From Salisapilia sapeloensis CBS 127946 (taxonomy: Eukaryota > Protista > Oomycota), in contig JAADVB010000080.1 in assembly GCA_023334545.1 (NCBI GenBank), forward strand, positions 1-64,000: DNA of 64,000 bases, written 5' to 3'. The position numbers and the translations under genes were made by a program. The notes beneath the pieces were generated by a model. The model saw only the letters and a program-made list of their open reading frames with translations. It was not told the DNA's origin and did not search any database. Shown here one piece after another: positions 53,910 to 64,000 of this stretch (position 1 is the stretch's first letter; each line of letters starts with the position of its first letter).

Positions 53910-56092
53910 TTACGGACAAAAGGTTTCCAATTGACCACCTAGCTCTAGGACTTGCTGCTGGAGGCGGGCATCCGAGTTTCGCCTCGAGAGCATGGATAAT
54001 TCGTCCTTTAGCTGCTGGAAGCAAGTGTCGCATGCCTGACATCGCTTCATTCTAACACACAAGGTTACTATTCAAGTTTAGAAGCTCTAGAGGATGGGTA
54101 CGTACCGCTCTTCGCTGGCGAAATCGACTTCTCTACCAGTAAACCCAGACGCCATTCTCGAGTCCTTTATTATCGGTGCAAATGCATCAAACAGTTCTTT
54201 GGAAGAGTGCACTCCGACTTCGTTGTATCGACCGAATCGACTGGCGACCAATTCGATCAGAAGCGGCAGCACCAAGACACATCCTTCCAAGTCTATGCCT
54301 AGGGTTTTCAGCTCTGCATGCCGAAAGACGTCAGAAGTGACTGCCTCCCGCTTCCCACTTGGCAGTGCAGCCAAGAATCGAAGTCCATCATGCAACTGCC
54401 CCCTCTGCCATCGCTCTAGCAATTGTGTCACCGTCTTCTTTCGAGCACTCAGTGTCTGGATCGACGTCTCCATCCCACTTCTCAACTCAACCATAAAGTC
54501 AGCACTAATATTATCTTCACTCTCCTCCGCTTGTGTCTTCATGCTACTGATTCGTCCTTCCGATGAAGACATCGGACGAGAGCTATTCGGTCGAGACGAC
54601 TGAGCAGAACTATTTGGTCGAGAGCTACTGGGTCTAGAGCGTTGAGCAGAGCTACTAGGTCTAGAATGCTGGGTAGAGCTGTTTGGTCGGCAGACTGAGA
54701 CGGATGTGGATGGTACAGAGCGTTGGAAGGGAGGGACTTGGTTAGCGTCTACTGTCCATATCGAGACAAAGGCGTCTTGAATAGAGCCTCCAACGATCTG
54801 TAGATCGTCTGTCATGATACAGTCGACATGTGCTTCCACAGCTCCATACTCCTTTACTCGTGGACTAGATAGACTACCGTGGCACTAGACACTATAGTCA
54901 GTATCATTGTAGGCCATGGAATGTCAATGTTCATACCTGTATAGCTGTTTCATACGACCAGACGCGCATGGCTTCAGAAGAGAAGGCAAAGAGGTATTGA
55001 CCACTGTAAGGCTCTGAGACCGAATGGCACATGGTCGTCGTCTACGTCTTTGTCACTACAATGTACTTTAAACGGCAAATGAACAACGTACGACAGAGTT
55101 ATCGATGGGCGTAATGCCGATCAAGCTCATTTCCTGGACATCATAGAATCGAACAGTCTTGTCAGCCGATGCAGACACGAGGATAAACTCTTCTGGATTG
55201 AATTCCAAATCTACACACAACTGTCAATCCTTTACCCATGAACATCCCAAATATACAAGAGCTACTTGTGATGGGGCCGCTGTGGTCGTGGAATTCCTTG
55301 AGCAATTTGCCCGCCGTGAGATCCCAGATACGAATGACCCCGTTGCTGTCTCCTGACGTCAACCATCGTCCATCCGGTGTGAACAACGCAGTTGTAACCT
55401 CCGACTTGTGCCCTTTAAAGGTCTGCATGCAGCCCTTGCTTTTCAAGTCCCACACCTAATACAATGAATATGAGCTCTGACAATTTTTACAAGTAAATAT
55501 CTACGACATACTTTTACGATAGTGTCCAGCGCTCCGGAAGCAACGTAGTCACCGTAGAGGTGGTAGTCGAGAGCTGTGCAGGATGCCATGTGGCCTTTCA
55601 GCGTCCTACTGACCTTGCCCGTTTCTAGGTCAAATGCTTTGATGGACCCGGAGCTTGCACCTGCCACTAGTCGACGTTCGGATGGGTCGAATGTGATACT
55701 TTCAATCGAGCTTTGGTGCCCTGTCAGGCTCTACAAGTCCAATAAGACTCACTTTAGCGAGCTAGTATTGATGGATCGTAGAGATCGTACCATGATGCTC
55801 TTGGTCTCTTTCTCACGCAGTCGCCACAAGTTGACAGCATGGTCTTCGCCACCCGTCGCCATCACTTGTCCCTATATTCAAACCAGAGCATAGTCATGAG
55901 TGTGACGTAGCATAATACGTATCGTATAACAACGGCACACACCGACTTGCGACCAAAGCGGAGACAATTGACGTCGGACGAGTGCGCTAGGAAGTGAGCT
56001 ATAGAGATAGGTTAGTATGGTGCACCTTGTAGAGTTACAAGTGGGAATGGAGCTACAGGAGACGTACAATGACGCTGCCATGTCGAGGTCAT
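53910..56092 (-). CDS. KATNB1: Katanin p80 WD40 subunit, multi-exon
   Basis: MTSTWQRHSHFLAHSSDVNCLRFGRKSGQVMATGGED, WD repeats (LTGHQSSIE, LKGHMAS, FKGHKSEV..FTPDGRWL, FHDHSGPIT, LEFNPEEFIL) and a C-terminal con80-like helical domain. Confidence 0.93.
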
Positions 56093-57026
56093 TGCCAATG
56101 CGCCTCTTTGCTAAGGTCGATTATATTTGCTTGCAAAATAGGAGTCTATTCGTGGTCATCGAATACGCTTTTAGGCCAATTTTATATCTATTATTACTAA
56201 TTATACAACAATAAAATTTAAGAATGTTAAAAGTAATCTCTTAAAGGCTAGTAAATTGAGAATAATTGCATAAAATATCCAGTCTTTGAATTGTTTTTGC
56301 AACTTAAGTAGTAGGAGCATGTATGTCGGAGTACACAATTCCTTCCTTTTAGAGAAAGATTTAAACTCCTGTAGACATACATATAGCCCTTACCAATCGC
56401 CTAGTGTAGATTATAGAGCGCTGAGAGCACTATGGTGTCCTATCAGATACGTCAACAGACAAAAGCTCGGTCAAAATAGTACTCAGAGATCTAAAGGTCG
56501 AGGTTACTCTATCATCTTTGCGGTCAATGCACGCGTGAGCGCATGTGATCGTTGCTCTCTGTGTGATATCACAGACTGAATAGACGATAGGAATGGATGT
56601 AGTGTATTTTTCAGGTCCTGACAAGGCCAGAATAACTAGTCGATGGAAGTGTGTGGCAATGGATCGTGGGATATCGCGATGTCCATGACTGGCGTGCGCA
56701 AAAGTGAGCAAATGTTCAATAATGGCACCAAGATGGGATACATGAGCAAGATGCGTTACGAAAGAGTCATATTGTAGTGCTGAGGGAGCTCACTTTTCAG
56801 TTTGCATTAAAAATTTCAGGATATTCATCTAGGAGTAAAGTTTCAGACTAAGTGGAAGGATCGCTACGAACTCAACTCCCGCAAGTGTCAACTACAAGGA
56901 AAGAAATCAAAGGCCGCAAATATATCCGAGATCGTAGCAACCCCAGCATAACGAAGTTTGCCATCGATCCGAAGCACGAGCCGTCGAGAATGATCTACTT
57001 AGGAGACGGGAGTCAGCAAGAGGAAA

Positions 57027-57977
57027 GTTCCATCGAACTGGGATGCATCACAAATATCATCTTTGGATGGGGAGGTGGCCGTAGCCGTCGGTGCAAATAG
57101 CGGGATAGGCTTACAAATGTCATTTCAGCTTGCTCGCAAAGGTGTAACGGCGATCCTCTGATGCCGAAGTGAAGTACGAGGTAAGGAGACCGATAAACTG
57201 CTTCAGGAAAAGCTGTCAAAAGAAGAGAGTGCAACCGCAGCGGTTTCATTCCTGAAACTAAGCGTGTGCGATCTGAGCAGTGTTCATACATTTTTGTTAA
57301 ATCTTTATGCCAAGTACGGCAAGATCAATCATCTCATCAATAATGCCGGTGTCATGGACATTGCACACTCCAAGACGGTCGACAAATTGAACCAGCAATG
57401 GTCCACGAACCACTTTGATCCCTTTGCGCTTACGTCTTAAATCCTCTACTTGTTCATAAAAGGATCTCTTTCGCCGATTGTGAACGTTAGCAGCATGGGT
57501 GCTCGACTCTAACTTCGATGAGGACAACATCGTCCCGTCCTCAGACAAGTACCTGTCGTTTCCAGTGTATATACGACCAAAGTCACCAGCCAACGCCTTG
57601 TCTATGAGTTGGACAGGAGGCTCAGGATGAAAGGTATAAAGGGTGCCATGGCAATTGCTGCCAATCCTGGTAGCGTCGTCACCGACTTGCTCAACCCTCT
57701 TACGGCCGAGGATAGCTTTCACATGCAAGTATTTTGAAAGGCTCGAATCTTTTTCATTTCTCCTCAAAGCTGAGATGGGTTCCCTTCTTACTCTTTTTGC
57801 TGTGACCGGCAAGAACGTCCAAGGTGGGAGCTCTTTGTGACGAATCGTTGAAGTGGATGCTTTGGCTACCCTACGCAGGAAAACCCGCTAGTAAAAGCCA
57901 CGCCCACTGCTGTTGAGGAAATGTTACGGAAGTTCAGTGAAGAACAGACAAAGGTCTCGTTGAAGGTCGGCAAGTAA
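57027..57977 (+). pseudogene. Short-chain dehydrogenase/reductase (retinol dehydrogenase/WWOX-like) pseudogene
   Basis: The frame from 57027 reads PSNWDASQISSLDGEVAVAVGANSGIG...ARKG...*CRS...HLINNAGVM...NHF...*...IVNVSS. It has in-frame stops at 57159 (TGA) and 57438 (TAA), no ATG and downstream frameshifts; AANPG is retained further on. Confidence 0.88.
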
Positions 57978-58428
57978 GACTTGCAAAGAGTCAAACAAGT
58001 TGGAAATTTTACTCCCTTTTATTAAGCAGCGGCCACTCATGATCTAGTTGGCAGTGATAGTGGCTAGTTGAATAAAGGGTGAAGGACCAGTGGTGATCTG
58101 AATTAAGGTTACTAAGTGTCGTGTACAAATCATTGCTATAACCATCACAGCATGACTTATACAAGAATTAAATTAGGTAGGCGACGCTTTCAAAGATATG
58201 AAAACCTAGAAGTAACTTGGAGCATATATACAATGTCTGCCGATTTAAAAGGATAGATTGTTGGGGATACAACCAATCAAAGCTAGCATTTGTTCGCTCA
58301 TATACAACCAGGTATACCCTGTAGCGTCAATACTTTTGTTATTGAGCACGGCCTACATTCTTATAATCCAAGCCTGGCAATGTAAATTGGACTCTGCGTT
58401 TCTAGCTTGAAGTACTATCCCTATTTTG

Positions 58429-59018
58429 CTAAGAGGTGAATAAACTCATGGGTCTAATGGGAAAATTCCACGTGCTGTATCACTATAGAATCCGATTTAC
58501 AAACGGTTCACGGACGGCACATTTCTGTTGGGTCGTTCAAAAGCGCATCAAGCTCAGACTTGAAAACATCATTAGCTTACGTTTTAGGCTGACATCCATC
58601 CGATACTGAATGCACTCTGAACAAGATGTGGAGAGCAACTTCAATCACGTTGAGATTTACTTCAGAAATGCCCCAATGCGGTGTCGAACAATATGTGGTT
58701 CCTCATCGATCGCCTCCTTTACAAGACGAAATGGGCAAAGATTAATCATTTCGAAAAGGATGCTGTGACACGTCTACTGTGCTTATTTTTTACTCGGCCT
58801 CGCAGTACCTACCGTCCTTCGTCAAATACAAGCTCGTTGTCTACGACAGAAATGTCCCTAGACAATGGCACCATCGTTAGTTTGCATTTGTACATGATGC
58901 TCTATTCTACCACCGACAATTGTAAAAAGATGAGAAAATCCTTGCATGCGTACTTTCCTCAGCCTTTCCGAGATACCATGAGTGCATACAAATGGCTTCA
59001 ACAAGGTCTTTACACTCT
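58429..59018 (-). CDS. Candidate small-exon hypothetical gene (partial model; 5' end unresolved)
   Basis: A chain of GT-AG-bounded exons joined by 44-56-nt introns stays in frame (..SIMYKCKL..DNELVFDEGR|ILFEMINLCPFRLVKEAIDEEPHIVRHRIGAFLK|..). No homolog recognised. Confidence 0.3.
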
Positions 59019-59475
59019 CTTAAAGCGCGTTGGTAATAGAGTATCGAGCCGGGTTTGTTCCATCCACTTTATCCACTCGTGATGCTCTATACATACGTTC
59101 CTGATCCGGCATACAAGAGACAATCTACACGTACCTCTGCCTTAACTACCAACTTTCCTTTTTCTCTACCACCTTTAATATTTTCTAGCCTCCATTTGCA
59201 CTATCCCGTATTCCAATGTGTACATCGTCTTTATCCCACGCCAACTCATCTTCCATGTGACAAGATGAAGGCGTAGGTAGAAACGCCTTCCATACCCAAC
59301 ACCAAAACTTTGCCAAGCGAATGTGCAAATTTTCAATAATCGAGCTTTGCTAGCTGTACAACTCTGCTGACCGTGTAAAAGGCGGCAAAATTCGAATTCG
59401 GGCGATACAAATTCCAAGTCAAAAGATCGGGCTATTTTTGCAAACAAATTGTGAACACCGAGAAAACACAGGCTC

Positions 59476-60167
59476 ATGAGCATGCAGGTGGCTGTCGGAG
59501 TCCTCGCGTTTGCAGACGTCACGGCGCTCACGTTTCTAAATGGCTACTGGGTATCACTCTTTCATGTTCTCTTGCACTATACGTATGTCTTACGAAACTT
59601 CTTTCGCAATGAATAGCTAGTGACACTGGATGAGCTCGAGCTGGACCATTTGAATCCGGCCGATGTCTCAAGAAGACTCAATCGTCTTGTCAGTACGACT
59701 CTCATATCCATGCCCATCGTGCTGTCCTGACACGATTCTCCCTCTAGTTCCTGAAATGATTTTGCACGGCATTTACCTCGTACTGTGTGTACTCGGCTCG
59801 GCCTGGTGGATTCTATTACTCAATCTACCGATGGCAGGGTATCTCCTTCGACGGTATTGTTAAAGCTAGATCTACCGTTTTAACGATGAAACTGACAAGG
59901 GAAGGATAGATACATTCGAAACGAGCACCAGTTGGATCCGACGGAAATTCTTCGTTACAAAGACCTACAGCTCGCTCGTCGTGAGTCGATTATCAAGACC
60001 GTTTTCTTCGGTCTTCAGATCATCTACGCCATGTATTGGTACGTTCACAACACCTTTACTCTTCTATCCATCATACTCATCCAAACTCTTCCAGGATGAT
60101 TGTATCGATCATCGCTGCGACGCCGGACCGAAGAAGCCGTCGTAAGAACAAAAAGAAATCCAATTAA
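59476..60167 (+). CDS. Cornichon-family ER cargo receptor, 5 exons
   Basis: Spliced product ...YWLVTLDELELDHLNPADVSRRLNRLVIPEMILH...LLLNLPMAGY...LDPTEILR...KTVFFGLQIIYAMYWMI. Confidence 0.88.
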
Positions 60168-60276
60168 ACATGCGCCAAACATTCCATTCTGGTCATTTCA
60201 GACATGCACACACCTATGCAAATACAATTTCCAAAGCTCTTCTCTCAAGCTCGTAAATTATGAACCCAATCGACAG

Positions 60277-60828
60277 CTATGCCACAGCGACGGCGACAAA
60301 GTGGAGCATCCCTGCCGCCGTCAGGACAAAACCCACGAGAACATATGGGAGTACCCATTCCTTGGACGGCGTCTGGACCATCTCTGCCGAGACGCCCGGC
60401 TCTTCTTGGTCCACCACCTCCTCTTCTTCCACCTCATCCACTTCTTCACTCAAACTCCTTTCCTTGAGTTTCTTCATGCAGCTCCCGCACGTCCGTACGT
60501 TTTTCTTCCGAAACCGGAGTTTCGTGTCCGAGCACGACGAGCACACGACGCCACCACAAAGTCCACAATGGTGTTTACCCCACACCCGGAACTCGTGCTT
60601 ACACACTTGGCACGCGACCTGGGATGACTTTGGCGTCCGATCGGACTTGGCGCACATCGCGTCTTGCTCGAGCCCAAGTGCCTGTGCCGACATCCGCCTG
60701 ACGAACGGCGCGACTTCTTCTGCTTCCCTATCTTCTTCAGGCCCAGTGCTCAGTCGCTTCGAGAGCGTCACATAGGCGGCTTTCGTCGGCGATGCACTGT
60801 CAGCTCTCCTTGTGCGCGTGATCCCCAT
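60277..60828 (-). CDS. FYVE-like zinc-finger protein with a C-terminal transmembrane anchor, 183 aa
   Basis: CQVC...KHHCGLCGGVVCSSC...RTCGSC, an acidic linker and a terminal hydrophobic helix WVLPYVLVGFVLTAAGMLHFVAVAVA. Confidence 0.8.
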   Translation of the reverse strand: MGITRTRRADSASPTKAAYVTLSKRLSTGPEEDREAEEVAPFVRRMSAQALGLEQDAMCAKSDRTPKSSQVACQVCKHEFRVWGKHHCGLCGGVVCSSCSDTKLRFRKKNVRTCGSCMKKLKERSLSEEVDEVEEEEVVDQEEPGVSAEMVQTPSKEWVLPYVLVGFVLTAAGMLHFVAVAVA

Positions 60829-61023
60829 CGTGAGCTATCTGATCTGGTCTGGTAATCGCGAAATGAGCAGCAATCTCGCGATGATATGGTTCAAACAGCT
60901 GATTGGGCCTTGAGACCCAGTCGCACCGTGGTCATTGGCTCCGATGCGACACCGAATCTGCGACAGCATCACTGCATTTGCAACTAGCGTCACCTAAAAT
61001 TTACTAATGTGCGCATCTATTGC

Positions 61024-64000
61024 CTACGAGACAGAGTGTCCATCTTCTACGTGCGTCTGATGCCACGTCTGGTCCAGTACGTGGCTTAACATGTTCGTAG
61101 CTGCATGCACCGCCTCGATCTCTTGTCTGACGCCGTCATAGACTTGCTGAACCGGACCATCCATCATCTTGCGGGTGGAAATCCAGACCAACCCTGTCTG
61201 AGTCATACGTGCGTAACAAGGCAAGTCACGATGTATGTACTGCCGGTAATAATGGACGACCCTTCTCCTGGTAACCGACGTGGATGCTGGCTGGGCCACG
61301 ATCGCGTACTCGTCGTCATGATTCCGATGGGAGAACGGAATCGGATGCAACGCTTCACAGACAAAGCCGAACTTTTGGACGAGTGCCTCTTCCACCATCT
61401 TCTGCTCGGCCGTCGATCGAACAGGCAAAAAGATCGGACACACCATCGGGTGCAGATCCAAGTTATTCGAAATTCCGACTTCTGGCACTTGTAAAAAGTC
61501 CAGATTCAGCTGCTTGGCACGTCGACCGAGCGTCCCGATAAAGTCTTCCACAAGAGCGCTTCGACACACGAGCCACTGGACTTCAACGTGGAAGCACTGG
61601 GCACTCCGCAGGTCTGTATCAAGGTGAAGGACAACCCAGTTCTGCCCGGACGGAGCGTCATTCGCCTGCAATGGGATCTTGACGTTCACCTGTCGTAGTC
61701 GTTTGAAAGCTTCGATGCCACTCATCGGTCCTCCCGTCGGTATCTTGAGTCTCGGCACATCATCTCGACTCTCTGCTTTCGATCGTAGATGCTCTAGGAA
61801 TTTCACCACTCGATCCGTATACTCCTGCAACTCATCTGAATCCACTTGCTGATCGTTGCGTGCTTTCGGAGGGATAATGCAGTAAAGAATACGCTTGTAC
61901 CGGATCGCTTCACTCATCTCGTCATAATACCCACACACCAATTGATCCAAGTAGTTCCACGCGTACTCTAGTCGCGGATACTTTCGAAACTCCTGTGAAA
62001 CGCTACGAAAGGTACTATCGATCGGAGACCACAACTGATATCGATATTCCATAATGTCCACATCACTCTTCATAGCTGTCTTCTGAAGGAACCGCTTGAC
62101 GTCAATCGTCTGCGTCTCATCGTTATACTTGATCTCATGGATCCGATGACCCATACTCAGTCGATACACTTTCTCCTTACCTCCATGTCCATGACTCACG
62201 AGCTGAAAGTCTTGGGAGAAGCGTTGAGCGACCATCTCGATCACGAGCTCCCGATAGTCTCGAAATGTCACGCCACTGTGTTCATCTCGTTCTGGCAAGA
62301 TGACGCTATAAAACGCTTCGGTATAGTGCGACTGGAGCTCTTGGGATGACGGCGAGTAGTCTGTCGTAAGTGGTAGTAGAGCAGGAAAGCATAAACTCTT
62401 CCATTTAAGAACGCTTTGCACTTGCTTGTATCTCGTTCCGTCACTCGGATACAACTGACTCCACCGACGCTGGTTGCTCGTCAACTGACGCAAGATCGAC
62501 ACACGCGTATAGAAAAGTTCCTCTCGCCCAGCACCATCAGCTGGGAGCAAGATAGGAGATGTCGTAAATGGAAGTTGACTGCCCATGTGCTCCAGCGCAT
62601 AGGAGCTGTGCGGCGTCGCATTGCGTGATCGATTCGACCCGATGCTTTCCGGCAAGTATACGTCCTCGTCAGATAAAGTCAAATTCCCTTCCGACCCACC
62701 ACTCGCTCGATCCGACCGCAACGGAGATGAACTCGATGCATCTAGTACGTAATTATTCAAACTATCTTGACTACGTCGAGGCAAAGACTCGAGTGCCTTG
62801 TCCAGAGCAACATGCTGGAGAGAAGACGATGCTTCTCCTGCTCTTTTCTTCAGTGACGACGGAGCAGACGGTCGGAGAGGGGGTGTCCAGACTGCTTGGA
62901 AGCCATTGTTATCACCATCAGAAGATCGAGTCGAGTGTTTCGTCTCGTTGGACCGGAAGAAGGAAAACACTTGGTCATCGTATCGGTCAAATGCTTCAGC
63001 TAATCGTTGCGAATCGATCGGGGCTGGCTGGTGATCCCGAGCTGCATGAGGTACCTGCGCTCCATCTTCCATGATAACTAGACTAGACGTTCGTGCTCGA
63101 ACCAAGTCGCTCAGTGGTTCCTTTCGAAAGAACTCAGCATCTCGATCTCCTGCCGAAGTATCAAACCCATTCAGCAGCTTTTCTAATGGCTCTGGTAGAC
63201 GTTGACTGTTTCCAGACTGGAGCATGCGACACATCGGTAAAGGCTCAAAGCCTTTTGGGTGTGATGTCCGAGGCTGGCAGACATCGCAATAACCAGTGAT
63301 GTCCGTGTCCAAACCGCACGTATGTGGTTCAACCATGTCTTCCTGGACAAAAGACAGAGGAATCCAGAGCGGAACAACGTACCGACTGCGTGCATTCGAG
63401 CTCTTCTTACGACAGAATCGACAGCGCATGGATGAAGAGTAATTGTCCGTCACCGACTGGGAGTCGAATACGCCGTCCGTGGACGACGCACGAGATTTAC
63501 GTGTCGATTTGCCTAACGTCGCGCCACAGTGGGAGCAGACGTCGGCATTGCTATTGTCTCCTGATCGAGACGGGAGGTGCATGTCGCCTAGTTCAGACTG
63601 TTTAAACAGGAACAACGGACATTTATGAAGAGGAGGTGTCGCGAGAGAAATGAGGTCTATGCCGATGCCATGATCCATCATCCGCTGCTCCGTAATCTCA
63701 GACAATCGCCGATTGACGCTAAAGATGCCGTTACCAGCCGTCATGAGCACGACGCTCTGGCCAGAGCGTGCGAGATGGCGGTCAATATGGTGCTTTTCGA
63801 ATATGTTCAAGACGAGATTAATGGCTTCTAGTAGGTTTCCATCCTGCGCCTTGGACGGAGTACCTCGAAGACTTCCAGATTCCTTTGGTGTAAAGAAATT
63901 AGAGGGAGAGTGCCATCCACATGCTCGTGGGAACCCATTTAGCTCTTCCTTGAGCGTCACTAACAATGGCTCTACTTCAGTGACAAGCGTGTCGAACGTC
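61024..64000 (-). CDS. IML1: GATOR1/SEACIT subunit IML1/DEPDC5 (3' part; 5' end beyond the window)
   Basis: The frame is open to the window edge. Motifs GNLLEAINLVLN, DRHLARSGQSVVLMTAGNG, GIGIDLISL..PPLH, WKSLCFPALLPLTTDY, QRFSQDFQLV, YRLSMGHRIH, WNYLDQLVCG and FHVEVQWLV. Confidence 0.92.
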   Translation of the reverse strand, partial: TFDTLVTEVEPLLVTLKEELNGFPRACGWHSPSNFFTPKESGSLRGTPSKAQDGNLLEAINLVLNIFEKHHIDRHLARSGQSVVLMTAGNGIFSVNRRLSEITEQRMMDHGIGIDLISLATPPLHKCPLFLFKQSELGDMHLPSRSGDNSNADVCSHCGATLGKSTRKSRASSTDGVFDSQSVTDNYSSSMRCRFCRKKSSNARSRYVVPLWIPLSFVQEDMVEPHTCGLDTDITGYCDVCQPRTSHPKGFEPLPMCRMLQSGNSQRLPEPLEKLLNGFDTSAGDRDAEFFRKEPLSDLVRARTSSLVIMEDGAQVPHAARDHQPAPIDSQRLAEAFDRYDDQVFSFFRSNETKHSTRSSDGDNNGFQAVWTPPLRPSAPSSLKKRAGEASSSLQHVALDKALESLPRRSQDSLNNYVLDASSSSPLRSDRASGGSEGNLTLSDEDVYLPESIGSNRSRNATPHSSYALEHMGSQLPFTTSPILLPADGAGREELFYTRVSILRQLTSNQRRWSQLYPSDGTRYKQVQSVLKWKSLCFPALLPLTTDYSPSSQELQSHYTEAFYSVILPERDEHSGVTFRDYRELVIEMVAQRFSQDFQLVSHGHGGKEKVYRLSMGHRIHEIKYNDETQTIDVKRFLQKTAMKSDVDIMEYRYQLWSPIDSTFRSVSQEFRKYPRLEYAWNYLDQLVCGYYDEMSEAIRYKRILYCIIPPKARNDQQVDSDELQEYTDRVVKFLEHLRSKAESRDDVPRLKIPTGGPMSGIEAFKRLRQVNVKIPLQANDAPSGQNWVVLHLDTDLRSAQCFHVEVQWLVCRSALVEDFIGTLGRRAKQLNLDFLQVPEVGISNNLDLHPMVCPIFLPVRSTAEQKMVEEALVQKFGFVCEALHPIPFSHRNHDDEYAIVAQPASTSVTRRRVVHYYRQYIHRDLPCYARMTQTGLVWISTRKMMDGPVQQVYDGVRQEIEAVHAATNMLSHVLDQTWHQTHVEDGHSVS

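Noticed and set aside
56722-56800. MAPRWDT* resembling a second SDR N-terminus
   Set aside because: The similarity is limited to about 6 residues and no glycine-rich motif follows, so it is too weak to call.
59175-59531. 118-aa minus-strand ORF
   Set aside because: Its 5' part is antisense to cornichon exon 1 and it has no recognisable domain. At most it contains an exon of the unresolved upstream candidate gene.
1-64000. CRISPR arrays, rRNA/tRNA genes, transposons, viral inserts, RxLR/CRN effectors, alternative genetic code
   Set aside because: I saw no spaced direct repeats, structured-RNA signatures, transposase/RT motifs, terminal repeats or signal peptide plus RxLR/LFLAK motifs. All three stop codons terminate conserved genes normally, and the only in-frame stops are in the multiply disrupted SDR.

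Overview
This is a 64 kb window of gene-dense eukaryotic nuclear DNA, most consistent with a zoospore-forming oomycete or related stramenopile. The lineage call is inferred from the UGP-PGM fusion, oomycete-like INR/CCAAT promoter motifs, ciliary genes, short (about 50-75 nt) GT-AG introns and very short intergenic gaps. I reconstructed about 30 protein-coding genes by hand, many with exon-by-exon phase checks: YIPF6, an EMAP-II-type tRNA-binding protein, condensin II D3, a cyclic-nucleotide-binding K+ channel, mitochondrial ferredoxin, SPT3, a CFAP20 paralog, COX15, a UGP-PGM fusion, a CCDC191/Sfi1-like protein, a tetraspanin, an HVA22/REEP protein, AFG2/SPATA5, a NACHT-like NTPase, IQCH, a PH-SNAP25-like SNARE, an LYR protein, a TTM-triphosphatase/guanylyltransferase capping enzyme, a bZIP, an AGC kinase, LSG1, a large orphan, snurportin-1, CLP1, a PPR protein, katanin p80, cornichon, a FYVE-like tail-anchored protein and the 3' part of IML1/DEPDC5. 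There is also one SDR pseudogene. I found no rRNA, tRNA, CRISPR array or recognisable transposon, and no clearly novel multi-gene system. The most notable items are unusual domain architectures, extreme tail-to-tail compaction, atypical splice sites and genes hidden from the ORF track by small exons. Gene names come from motif recognition only; no database searches were run.
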